Below, in pieces: positions 1-7,404 of a DNA stretch of 64,000 nt; the first letter of the stretch is position 1; every line of letters starts with the position of its first letter. The notes under the pieces were generated by a model that did no database searches, was not told the origin of the DNA, and saw only the letters and a list, made by a program, of their open reading frames with translations. The stretch is taken from contig OZ242265.1 of assembly GCA_965207165.1 (NCBI GenBank), forward strand, positions 1,501,593 to 1,565,592, read 5' to 3'. A program made the position numbers and the translations under genes. The stretch comes from Gammaproteobacteria bacterium (lineage in GTDB: Bacteria > Pseudomonadota > Gammaproteobacteria > Eutrophobiales > Eutrophobiaceae).

Positions 1-989
1 CAGCCAGTATGGATGCGCGCAAAACGGAATTCGGTTATGTGGTCACATACTGGGTGCGCGGCGGTGAGCTGCTTAATGTCTGGATGGGTTACTACGAGCC
101 GAATGCGGATGAATTCGAAGGAGATGAAGGCGACTGGTTTCCCGCAGACCGTGCGGAGATGATCAGAAACATGAAAACAGCCTTCAAGGACGATGTGCGC
201 ATGGGTGATGTGGTTGCATTGGCGGGTAGCGTTGTAAAGCCTACGAAGTGGGGGTTGTACGATCTCGACGCTTTTCCGAGCTGGCATAACGGACGGGTTG
301 CCGTATTGGGCGACGCCGCCCACGCGGTACTGCCGACGTTCGGCCAGGGCGCTGCGCTGGCGATCGAAGATGGCGCTGCTCTCGGCAAATGTTTCGAGCT
401 GCATGGAAAAGACGTCTACAGTGCGTTGCTGCACTATGAGCGGGTCCGTCATTACCGCGGCACACGGGTGCAGTTTGCCTCCAAGTTCCTGCTCAGGCAT
501 CTCGAGCCGGAAGATTCCCCGGAGCGGCAAAAGATACTGAAGGCTTTGAACGAACGTGATTATCCGGTTTTTGATCACGCTCAACGCGCGGGGGGCGATG
601 ATTCCTGGTTGTATGCTTTTGATGCCCGGGATATCGGCGGCGAGATACCTGCCAAGCGACTCGGCCCCTGGGATTTCCGCTCGGTGGAAGCAGTCCGTGA
701 GGCCAGGATCGAGGTGGTGCGCAATCTCTGGGTGCCCGAGGTGTCCCTGAAGGGCGATCGCAAGGTGACCCTGGAGGAAGTTCGGCAACATAACACCTTT
801 GACGATTGCTGGATCATAATTCATGGCAAGGTCTACGACTTCAGTGAGTGGAAGGACCACCATCCGGGAGGACCTTTTGTGGCCCGGATGTATGCGGGCA
901 AGGACGCCACAGCAGAATTCGGCACCTACCACAGCAGACTGGCTGAGAAGCACATGGCCCACTTTTGCGTGGGGGACGTCGTCTACTGA
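1..989 (+). CDS. FAD-dependent aromatic-ring monooxygenase (salicylate-hydroxylase-like) C-terminal part fused to a C-terminal cytochrome b5 heme-binding domain; 5' end lies outside the window
   Basis: ORF 9..989; FAD-monooxygenase signature GDAAHAVLPTFGQGAALAIEDGAAL but no N-terminal GxGxxG, so the gene starts upstream; C-terminus has canonical cyt b5 motif (DCWIIIHGKVYDFSEWKDHHPGG...AGKDATAEF). Confidence 0.7.
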   Translation, partial: ASMDARKTEFGYVVTYWVRGGELLNVWMGYYEPNADEFEGDEGDWFPADRAEMIRNMKTAFKDDVRMGDVVALAGSVVKPTKWGLYDLDAFPSWHNGRVAVLGDAAHAVLPTFGQGAALAIEDGAALGKCFELHGKDVYSALLHYERVRHYRGTRVQFASKFLLRHLEPEDSPERQKILKALNERDYPVFDHAQRAGGDDSWLYAFDARDIGGEIPAKRLGPWDFRSVEAVREARIEVVRNLWVPEVSLKGDRKVTLEEVRQHNTFDDCWIIIHGKVYDFSEWKDHHPGGPFVARMYAGKDATAEFGTYHSRLAEKHMAHFCVGDVVY

Positions 990-1167
990 TTCTAAAATGG
1001 TTTTGGGAACGGCCACCAGCCAGCTTTGACCTCCTTAACTCCCGGCCTGCGCATTGCCGGGCAGCATCCGAACGTGTTTGTGAATTTGAAATGAACAAAG
1101 TGGATTGACAAAAACGCCTCTATAGCCTATGCTATGGCCTATGCCATGACAATAAAGGAGGAGCAAC

Positions 1168-1407
1168 ATGTTGCCTGAACGCTATGTCAGTTTATTCCGT
1201 AACGGCCGTAACCAGGCCTTGCGCATACCCCGGGAGTTTGAGTTGCCGGCCGGGAAAGCTATTATCCGCAAGGATGGTGACAAACTCATCATAGAGCCTG
1301 TCAGGACTGACGGATTACTCACCTTGCTGGCTTCCCTGGAGAATATCGAGACTACCTTTCCGGAAATGGATGAAGCATTGCTGCCTCCCGACAACGTGGA
1401 GTTGTAA
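1168..1407 (+). CDS. vapB: AbrB/MazE/SpoVT-type antitoxin (VapB-like), module 1
   Basis: 79 aa; swapped-hairpin motif LFRNGRNQALRIPREFEL; strong RBS AGGAGG 6 nt upstream; immediately followed by PIN gene. Confidence 0.8.
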   Translation: MLPERYVSLFRNGRNQALRIPREFELPAGKAIIRKDGDKLIIEPVRTDGLLTLLASLENIETTFPEMDEALLPPDNVEL

Positions 1408-1409
1408 TC

Positions 1410-1826
1410 TTGAAGCCGGCTTATCTCCTGGATACCAATGTGCTGTCGGATTTGGTGCGCCGCCCCCATGGTGTCATCACAAAGCGAATTTCGCTGGAGG
1501 GCGAAGACAATGTCTGCACCAGTATCATTGTGGCATCCGAATTACGTTTCGGCGCCCGCAAGCGTGGTTCCGAACAGTTGACCCGGCAACTTGACCTGGT
1601 CCTCTCGGCCATACAAGTCATGCCGTTCGAGGCGCCTGCCGACCATCATTACGCAAAGATTCGCGTTTATCTCGAAGAACGGGGCACGCCCATAGGCCCG
1701 AATGATATGCTCATCGCAGCACAGGCACTTGCGCTGGACTGCACACTGGTCACGAGGAATGTAAGGGAGTTTTCCCGTGTGCCCGCATTGAAAGTCGATG
1801 AATGGTCAGGAACTTCCCCGCACTAA
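1410..1826 (+). CDS. vapC: PIN-domain ribonuclease toxin (VapC-like), module 1
   Basis: 138 aa; N-terminal LLDTNVLSD PIN acidic motif; TTG start 3 nt after vapB stop. Confidence 0.8.
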   Translation: MKPAYLLDTNVLSDLVRRPHGVITKRISLEGEDNVCTSIIVASELRFGARKRGSEQLTRQLDLVLSAIQVMPFEAPADHHYAKIRVYLEERGTPIGPNDMLIAAQALALDCTLVTRNVREFSRVPALKVDEWSGTSPH

Positions 1827-1912
1827 TCGCCAAGCGCGCCATGATTTGTTGATTGATTATTCCCATGATATTATGTGGTATATGCTGTCATATACCAATG
1901 TAGGAGAAGCTC

Positions 1913-2146
1913 ATGCGCACTGCAAAAATTTTCAGGAACGGCCGCAGCCAGGCTGTCCGCATCCCCAAAGACTTCGCCTTTGAAGGTGTGACTGAGCTTA
2001 CTGTACAGAAACTAGGGCAGAAGCTGATCCTGGAACCGGTTCATGAATCCTGGTTGACGTTAAACGATGAAAGCGCGCCGGTCGGCGATGACTTCCTGGC
2101 CGAACGTCCGGATATGTTCGCGATTGATGAAAGCCGGGTAACGTGA
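1913..2146 (+). CDS. vapB: AbrB/MazE-type antitoxin (VapB-like), module 2 (paralog of 1168..1407)
   Basis: 77 aa; IFRNGRSQAVRIPKDFAF motif; upstream inverted repeat tggtatatgctgtcatatacca (candidate operator). Confidence 0.8.
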   Translation: MRTAKIFRNGRSQAVRIPKDFAFEGVTELTVQKLGQKLILEPVHESWLTLNDESAPVGDDFLAERPDMFAIDESRVT

Positions 2147-2563
2147 ATGATCTATATGCTTGATACGGACACCTGCAGCTACATCATGCGGCAGCACTCC
2201 CGGTCCGTCCTTGAGGCCCTGCAGGACAGGGCAAGCAGGGGTTATATCCTTTGTATGTCAGTAATTACCTACCAGGAGTTGCGCTTTGGCGCCGAACGGG
2301 TTGGCTCTGAGAGTTACCATGATCGTATCGATAAGGTATGCGAACGACTTGATTACGTGGCGGATTGGACAACGGAGTGTGCGGATAAGTTTGCCGTTAT
2401 ACAGTCTGTGTTGCTGAACAAGGGCAACCCTATCGGCTTCACTGATGCGATGATTGCCTCACATGCCCTGATAGTCGATGCTACGCTTGTGACGAATAAT
2501 CAAAGACATTTCTCCCAGGTAGAAGATCTCCGGCTGGAAAACTGGTTCAAGGAGGTCGTATGA
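2147..2563 (+). CDS. vapC: PIN-domain toxin (VapC-like), module 2
   Basis: 138 aa; MLDTDTCSY PIN N-terminus; start overlaps vapB2 stop (TGAATG). Confidence 0.8.
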   Translation: MIYMLDTDTCSYIMRQHSRSVLEALQDRASRGYILCMSVITYQELRFGAERVGSESYHDRIDKVCERLDYVADWTTECADKFAVIQSVLLNKGNPIGFTDAMIASHALIVDATLVTNNQRHFSQVEDLRLENWFKEVV

Positions 2564-2618
2564 AGGTGCGGCTACACGGAGTCACAGAACCGAACCTGGC
2601 CCAGCCAGAACCAAAAGG

Positions 2619-2741
2619 TAATAAACGGTGCTGGAAGGGGGAATAGAAATACACTAATAACCTATTGTTCTTAAAGTGCTTTATATTATTCCCATGCTCT
2701 ATACCCAACGTTTATCCCAACAATATTTTAACCAATAAAGT
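2619..2741. repeat. Left copy of ~120-bp imperfect direct repeat bracketing the AbiE island (50-bp core ataaacggtgcYggaagggggaatagaaatacactaataacctattgttYtta)
   Basis: Near-identical core re-occurs at 6479..6531, with a diverged but alignable ~70-bp tail (tttatcccaac...ataaag) in both copies. Confidence 0.8.
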
Positions 2742-2932
2742 CAATATTTAATGCCTGAATTCTACCAAGCCGACCAGGGCAAAGAAATGTAGTCTGAAGT
2801 TGTACATAGTAACTATATCAAAATACAATATTTTTCGTTTTTCTTTCCTGTTACTGTTATTTATAGTAGTACTATACTATTTTTCATGATATCCTCTATT
2901 ATTAGAACTAATTTGTACTATGGTATAGCACT

Positions 2933-3727
2933 ATGGGTAGCCAACCTTCAAAAAGACAACAGCGATTAGCTGCATTAATACGCGCAACGTCCGGCACAAT
3001 CCGTGGGTCTGATGCCATGCGGGTTCTTGGCGTCGATCGGCAACATGCATCCAGATTGCTGGCGGGATGGCATAAACAAGGGGTTATCAGGCGGGTTGCA
3101 CACGGCTTGTATGTTCCTGTTCAGCCGTCTGCCCTGGGTCAAAAACAGGTGCTTGAAGACCCCTGGGTGCTGGTTCCCGAGTTATACACACCAGGTTACG
3201 TCGGTGGCTGGAGCGCCTTGGAACACTGGGGGTTGACAGAACAGCTTTTCCGGTCAGTCTGTGTACTTACTCCTAAGCGCGTGGCCAATGGTGTAATCAC
3301 TCATCAAGGTGTCAACTTCTTTATCAAACATGTCGCTGAAAAGCAATTATTCGGGACAAAATCCATATGGTTGGGAAATACGAAGATACTGATTTCAGAC
3401 CCATACAAGACACTGTTGGATTGTATCGATGACCCGGACCTGGGCGCAGGCTTGCAACATGTAACAGACTGCTTGCTCGAATTTGCGCGAGTGTTCAATA
3501 AACAGAGTGATCTTAATACATTATTGAAATATGCCATCCAATTAGGTAACGGCGCATTATTCAAAAAACTGGGTTACCTGGCTGAAACGCTTGAGTTCAA
3601 GCCTTCTTTTATCAATGCATGCCGGCAACGAATTACATCGGGTTATTCCACTCTCGATAAAAAGTCTGAAAAAAATCGTCTGGTTACACGCTGGAATTTA
3701 TGGGTACCGAGAGATAGGGCGAAATGA
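2933..3727 (+). CDS. abiEi: AbiEi-family type IV TA antitoxin/transcriptional regulator (AT-rich pair)
   Basis: 264 aa; N-terminal wHTH-like region plus HGLYVP / GGWSALEHWGLTEQ motifs typical of AbiEi (COG5340-like); stop overlaps the next ORF (ATGA). Confidence 0.65.
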   Translation: MGSQPSKRQQRLAALIRATSGTIRGSDAMRVLGVDRQHASRLLAGWHKQGVIRRVAHGLYVPVQPSALGQKQVLEDPWVLVPELYTPGYVGGWSALEHWGLTEQLFRSVCVLTPKRVANGVITHQGVNFFIKHVAEKQLFGTKSIWLGNTKILISDPYKTLLDCIDDPDLGAGLQHVTDCLLEFARVFNKQSDLNTLLKYAIQLGNGALFKKLGYLAETLEFKPSFINACRQRITSGYSTLDKKSEKNRLVTRWNLWVPRDRAK

Positions 3728-4101
3728 TTGTCAAGGATGAAATACTGGCTTTTGCCGACGAGACGGGTTTAACGCCGAACGTTGTAGAGAAAGACTATGT
3801 GCTCGGTTGGTTGCTCGCTGCAGTTAATTCGAACCCTGTCTTATCGCAATCGTGGGTATTCAAGGGAGGCACTTGTCTGAAGAAATGCTACTTTGAAACT
3901 TACAGATTTTCAGAAGATTTAGATTTCACGCTTCGAGATCAGAGTCATATCAATGAGACAGTTTTGAAGGAGCAATTCGTCTCCATTTCTGAATGGCTAT
4001 ATGAAGAAACAGGAATAGAAATTCCTTCTGACAGGCTTGTATTTGACATATATGCCAATCCCAGGGGCGGACAATCCTGTCAGGGGCGCGTATATTGCTG
4101 A
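3724..4101 (+). pseudogene. abiEii: AbiEii/AbiGii (DUF1814) nucleotidyltransferase toxin, truncated to 125 aa (full length would be ~300 aa)
   Basis: Has N-terminal VFKGGTCL nucleotidyltransferase motif but ends 2 bp before the stop of the convergent GC-rich AbiEii gene; C-terminal two thirds are missing. Confidence 0.6.
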
Positions 4102-4103
4102 AG

Positions 4104-5060
4104 TCATCTGAGAATATGCCGTCTCACATTTTCGATTTTCCATAATAGTGCCGGAGATCGCGCCAATCGACCTGCCAGTTTCTCATCGTCAGGAAACAGC
4201 AACTCAGGCGATAGTTCACCGGCATGCACCAGGTCAATATATTCCCGCTCGGCCTCATCAAGCGTAACCAGCGGTTTCATAACGAACCATGCCTGTTTCT
4301 TTAACTCATTTGCAACTGGCCACACATTACCCTGAAGCATCGGTACAAGCTGTTCCTCTATGCTTCTATCGGTGACACGCGCGAAGCGATCCTGTCCGTA
4401 TTGATAAAGCGGAAGCGGCAGTGTAACCGCCAGCGCCACATGAATACGTCGCAATCGTTGGCTACCCCAAATATCCGCTCCGTATTTTGGCAATCGAATG
4501 GTATCGAATAGATCACGCGGCAGCGCCCGATCCAGAGTCGCGCGCAGCTTACCGGCATACAGTTCTTCCATAGGCACGACCCGAGTTTCGGGGGATGAAA
4601 TTCCCGGTGGTTGCCAGAGCGGCCGTGTTGTGACTTCACCGAGTGGTACGCGAAATAAAAAGTTGAGATCGATCTCAATACGGTCTCGCGTACCGACCGA
4701 ACTTGTGTAGGTGAGATAGAACTTCCGTCCGGCATGGGCATCGCGTGATTGTTGTACTCGGTATCCCTGCCCCTCTCCGATATTAGCGAGAGCCCGTTCA
4801 ACCTTCGGGCGCTCAGCTTGCATACCCGCCGGATCCTCATGCCCGATATAATTAAAATCCAGATCAACCGAAAGCCGGGCCGGGGGGCCAAACAACAGAT
4901 TCAATGCCGTACCACCTTTCAATATCAATACACGTGATAGCAACGGATGACGCCCAACATCCGCGGCTAATTCACCCAGGCGGATCACTTTCTCCAATGT
5001 CTCCGTACGAAAACCAGTCTCCGTTGCGATTCCTTCAATGAATTCAGCGCTGAGATTCAT
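4104..5060 (-). CDS. abiEii: AbiEii/AbiGii-family nucleotidyltransferase toxin (DUF1814), full length, GC-rich pair
   Basis: 318 aa; LILKGGTALNLLFG motif and DLDF nucleotidyltransferase signature; start overlaps the upstream AbiEi gene by 17 bp. Confidence 0.75.
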   Translation of the reverse strand: MNLSAEFIEGIATETGFRTETLEKVIRLGELAADVGRHPLLSRVLILKGGTALNLLFGPPARLSVDLDFNYIGHEDPAGMQAERPKVERALANIGEGQGYRVQQSRDAHAGRKFYLTYTSSVGTRDRIEIDLNFLFRVPLGEVTTRPLWQPPGISSPETRVVPMEELYAGKLRATLDRALPRDLFDTIRLPKYGADIWGSQRLRRIHVALAVTLPLPLYQYGQDRFARVTDRSIEEQLVPMLQGNVWPVANELKKQAWFVMKPLVTLDEAEREYIDLVHAGELSPELLFPDDEKLAGRLARSPALLWKIENVRRHILR

Positions 5061-5847
5061 CCGGCTCCATACCCTCCAGTATTGCGCCCGGGACGATCAG
5101 ATTCCATCGTCGTACCAGTACGCCGCCACGTTGGTCCCTGGCAAGATAAAGCGGCGCCTTTGGGACGTGCTTTTCTATTAATGCAAGATCACCATCACTG
5201 ACATAAAAGGTCTTTCGATACAGCTCAAGGAACCAGCCGACCGCTGCCCACAACACCTTTTGTCCGAAAACATCCAGAAGCTCAAGCAACAGCGGCAACT
5301 CCAGAACAGGGAACCCCGCCGCCGACTCGACAAACTCCGCAAGCCCGCCCACCAGGTCCGGCCGACGGAAACCATCGATCAAAGTACGTTCGGGCCCGGT
5401 AACTCGTAATTCACGATCAAGCCGGTGGACGGAGCGTATGCCCCGATCAAAAGCCCGATGGTGCACCAGTGATTGCGGGTGGGACAGGAAGCGCAGTTCA
5501 AGGCCATCCAGATCGAACGACTGTGAACGCCTGGCGCTGTATGCGGTGCATAGCCGCCATTCGGAATGCGCGGCGCCCAGCAGTTCAAGCGCCGAATGAT
5601 GGGAAAAGACCGCATCGGGTCGCATCGCCACTGCCACTAGAAAACGATCCGGCTGAAATTTGGCAGCATCCACCCCCGGTGGCACCGAGGCATAGACCCC
5701 CCGTGTGAGCTTCTTCAGCTTGTTTCGTGCGGCTGCGTATTTCAGGCGCTCCAACGTTGCTTTACGCCCGCCGGACGGCGCCAATACTCGTGCGGCTTCA
5801 TCGAGATTGAAGACCCGGTGCGTTTGCAAGAAGGTGCCAGTATCCAT
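5044..5847 (-). CDS. abiEi: AbiEi-family antitoxin/transcriptional regulator (GC-rich pair)
   Basis: 267 aa; RGVYASVP and SHHSALELLGA motifs of the AbiEi_4-like N-terminal domain; translationally coupled to the toxin. Confidence 0.7.
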   Translation of the reverse strand: MDTGTFLQTHRVFNLDEAARVLAPSGGRKATLERLKYAAARNKLKKLTRGVYASVPPGVDAAKFQPDRFLVAVAMRPDAVFSHHSALELLGAAHSEWRLCTAYSARRSQSFDLDGLELRFLSHPQSLVHHRAFDRGIRSVHRLDRELRVTGPERTLIDGFRRPDLVGGLAEFVESAAGFPVLELPLLLELLDVFGQKVLWAAVGWFLELYRKTFYVSDGDLALIEKHVPKAPLYLARDQRGGVLVRRWNLIVPGAILEGMEPDESQR

Positions 5848-6048
5848 GAGTCAAAACTTGTCAATATTTGCGGATATTGGGAGGATATTCCCCTTTATAT
5901 GGCATATATGTCAAGTATTTTATGCTGAAATTACTTGCCTGACCGTCTATCGCAATAAAAATTGACCCGCCTGTTACTTGACCTCTCTGGCACGGGATTC
6001 ACCCATTACCTGCTACGCCAGATGCTATTACTGACCCTCGCCCCGGAA

Positions 6049-6317
6049 CTAGTACTCTTTCAACTTAATATTGACATGTTCAGCGGGTCGGGAAGCGGTT
6101 GCGCGCAAGGCGCGCCGCGCAGGGAATGGCGCGTCCTTGCCAAGCGGCGTAACGCCGCGGGCGACCGCTTCCCGGCCCGCCCGCAGGGAGCCACACAGCG
6201 ACGCCAATACGGCGTTGCAGCCCTTGACAAGGGCGCGCCATTCTCTGCGGGCTGCGCCTTGTCTTGGCGTCGCTGTGTGGCTCTGAACATGTCAATATTA
6301 AGTTGAAAGAGTACTAG
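6049..6317. repeat. 269-bp GC-rich palindromic element with perfect 35-bp terminal inverted repeats (ctagtactctttcaacttaatattgacatgttcag) and nested internal inverted repeats; MITE-like or structured-RNA-like
   Basis: TIR 6049..6083 is the exact reverse complement of 6283..6317; internal pairs B 6084-6099/B' 6164-6179 (15/16), D 6191-6207/D' 6264-6280 (17/17), X 6120-6144/X' 6223-6247 (22/25); interior ~70% GC in an AT-rich setting. Confidence 0.85.
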
Positions 6318-6478
6318 ACACCTGTAAATTCAAGATTTCCGGTAAGTGCGTTAGATATCACTTCATGGACGACCTCCATCGTGACAACGCCGGTTAGATT
6401 GAGGTTCTTGGCTTTCACAATTTTGCCTGTATCGTTGTCTGTAACGGATTTGACCTTGCTGTTTGCCGGTAAAGAAGT

Positions 6479-6598
6479 GATAAACGGTGCCGGAAGGGGG
6501 AATAGAAATACACTAATAACCTATTGTTTTTAATGTATTTAATATCATCTCCTTGCCTTTTATCCCACGATTTTCCCAACAAGATTTGGATTGATAAA
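6479..6598. repeat. Right copy of the ~120-bp imperfect direct repeat bracketing the AbiE island
   Basis: See 2619..2741; 49/51 identity in the core. Confidence 0.8.
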
Positions 6599-6629
6599 GA
6601 CGAGCGATTTCAGAGCCAGTACTGCTATC

Positions 6630-7400
6630 TTATTCGGTGAACCGTTGCCGCAAATCTTCCAGCATAGCGGCTGAAATTGAAAATCTTTCCTCCAGGTAGC
6701 GCTCAATTGTTCCGTGATTGTCTTCCATATAGTTCAGGGCGCCCAATATATATTCTGATTTTACGCCCAGCATGGCAAGGACAGAGGCCCTGTCCATCCC
6801 GGTGCCCTCCCCGCCGCCGTACCTGGCCGAAGCCTGGGCAACCTGCTGTTCAGGCACAAAATATTTGCCGGAAAGCAGGTAATCTTCAACAACAATTTCC
6901 CTGGGTACGCCCAGGGCCGATAGCAGGAGAGTTGAGCCAAAACCCGTGCGGTCCTTGCCGGCCGAGCAATGAATGAGCATCGCCCCATGCTCAAGCTCAA
7001 ACAGGCGCCGGAACATGCCGCTGAATTCATCAACATGGCTTGAAGCAAACTCAACATATATACCACGCATCATGTCGTCTATACACTGTATGGAGATTCT
7101 CTTTCCCGGTCCTGGTTTCACATAGGATTCCATTTGTCCCGGATCGATCGCCAACTGCATAACCTGAGCGTTATCGGGCAATCGGCTGGGATCCTTTCGT
7201 CTTTCACTTTGCCCCCGGAAATCACAGCAATAGACGATATCAAGACCGGAAAGATATTTGATGTCCCTGTCTGTCAGGTCACTCAATTGGCCTGACCGGA
7301 ATAACCGGTTCCACTTGACCCGCCGCCCGTCGACCGTCGGATAACCCCCAAGGTCGCGAAAGTTGACCCCGCCCTCCAGCGGTAATAATCGTCCCGGCAT
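6630..7400 (-). CDS. Protein tyrosine/serine phosphatase family protein
   Basis: Active-site loop HCSAGKDRTG (CX5R); likely start is the ATG at 7400 (MPGRLL...), 5 bp after the upstream gene stop; the longer ORF to 7490 overlaps the upstream gene. Confidence 0.7.
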   Translation of the reverse strand: MPGRLLPLEGGVNFRDLGGYPTVDGRRVKWNRLFRSGQLSDLTDRDIKYLSGLDIVYCCDFRGQSERRKDPSRLPDNAQVMQLAIDPGQMESYVKPGPGKRISIQCIDDMMRGIYVEFASSHVDEFSGMFRRLFELEHGAMLIHCSAGKDRTGFGSTLLLSALGVPREIVVEDYLLSGKYFVPEQQVAQASARYGGGEGTGMDRASVLAMLGVKSEYILGALNYMEDNHGTIERYLEERFSISAAMLEDLRQRFTE

Positions 7401-7404
7401 TCGG

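Noticed and set aside
2742-2932. Very AT-rich 190-bp stretch with short direct repeats (actatgg x2); considered as a possible small RNA or tRNA-like region
   Set aside because: No tRNA-like cloverleaf or conserved ncRNA features recognisable. It is most simply the promoter/leader of the AbiEi-1 gene in horizontally acquired AT-rich DNA.
4358-4891. 177-aa ORF on the minus strand inside the AbiEii gene (different frame), and other small ORFs at 4498-4937
   Set aside because: Embedded in a gene with strong family motifs; no independent support.
5962-6306. Several 70-114-aa ORFs on both strands inside the palindromic element
   Set aside because: Mutually overlapping in all frames within a ~70% GC inverted-repeat structure, with no RBS. 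They are a by-product of the palindrome.
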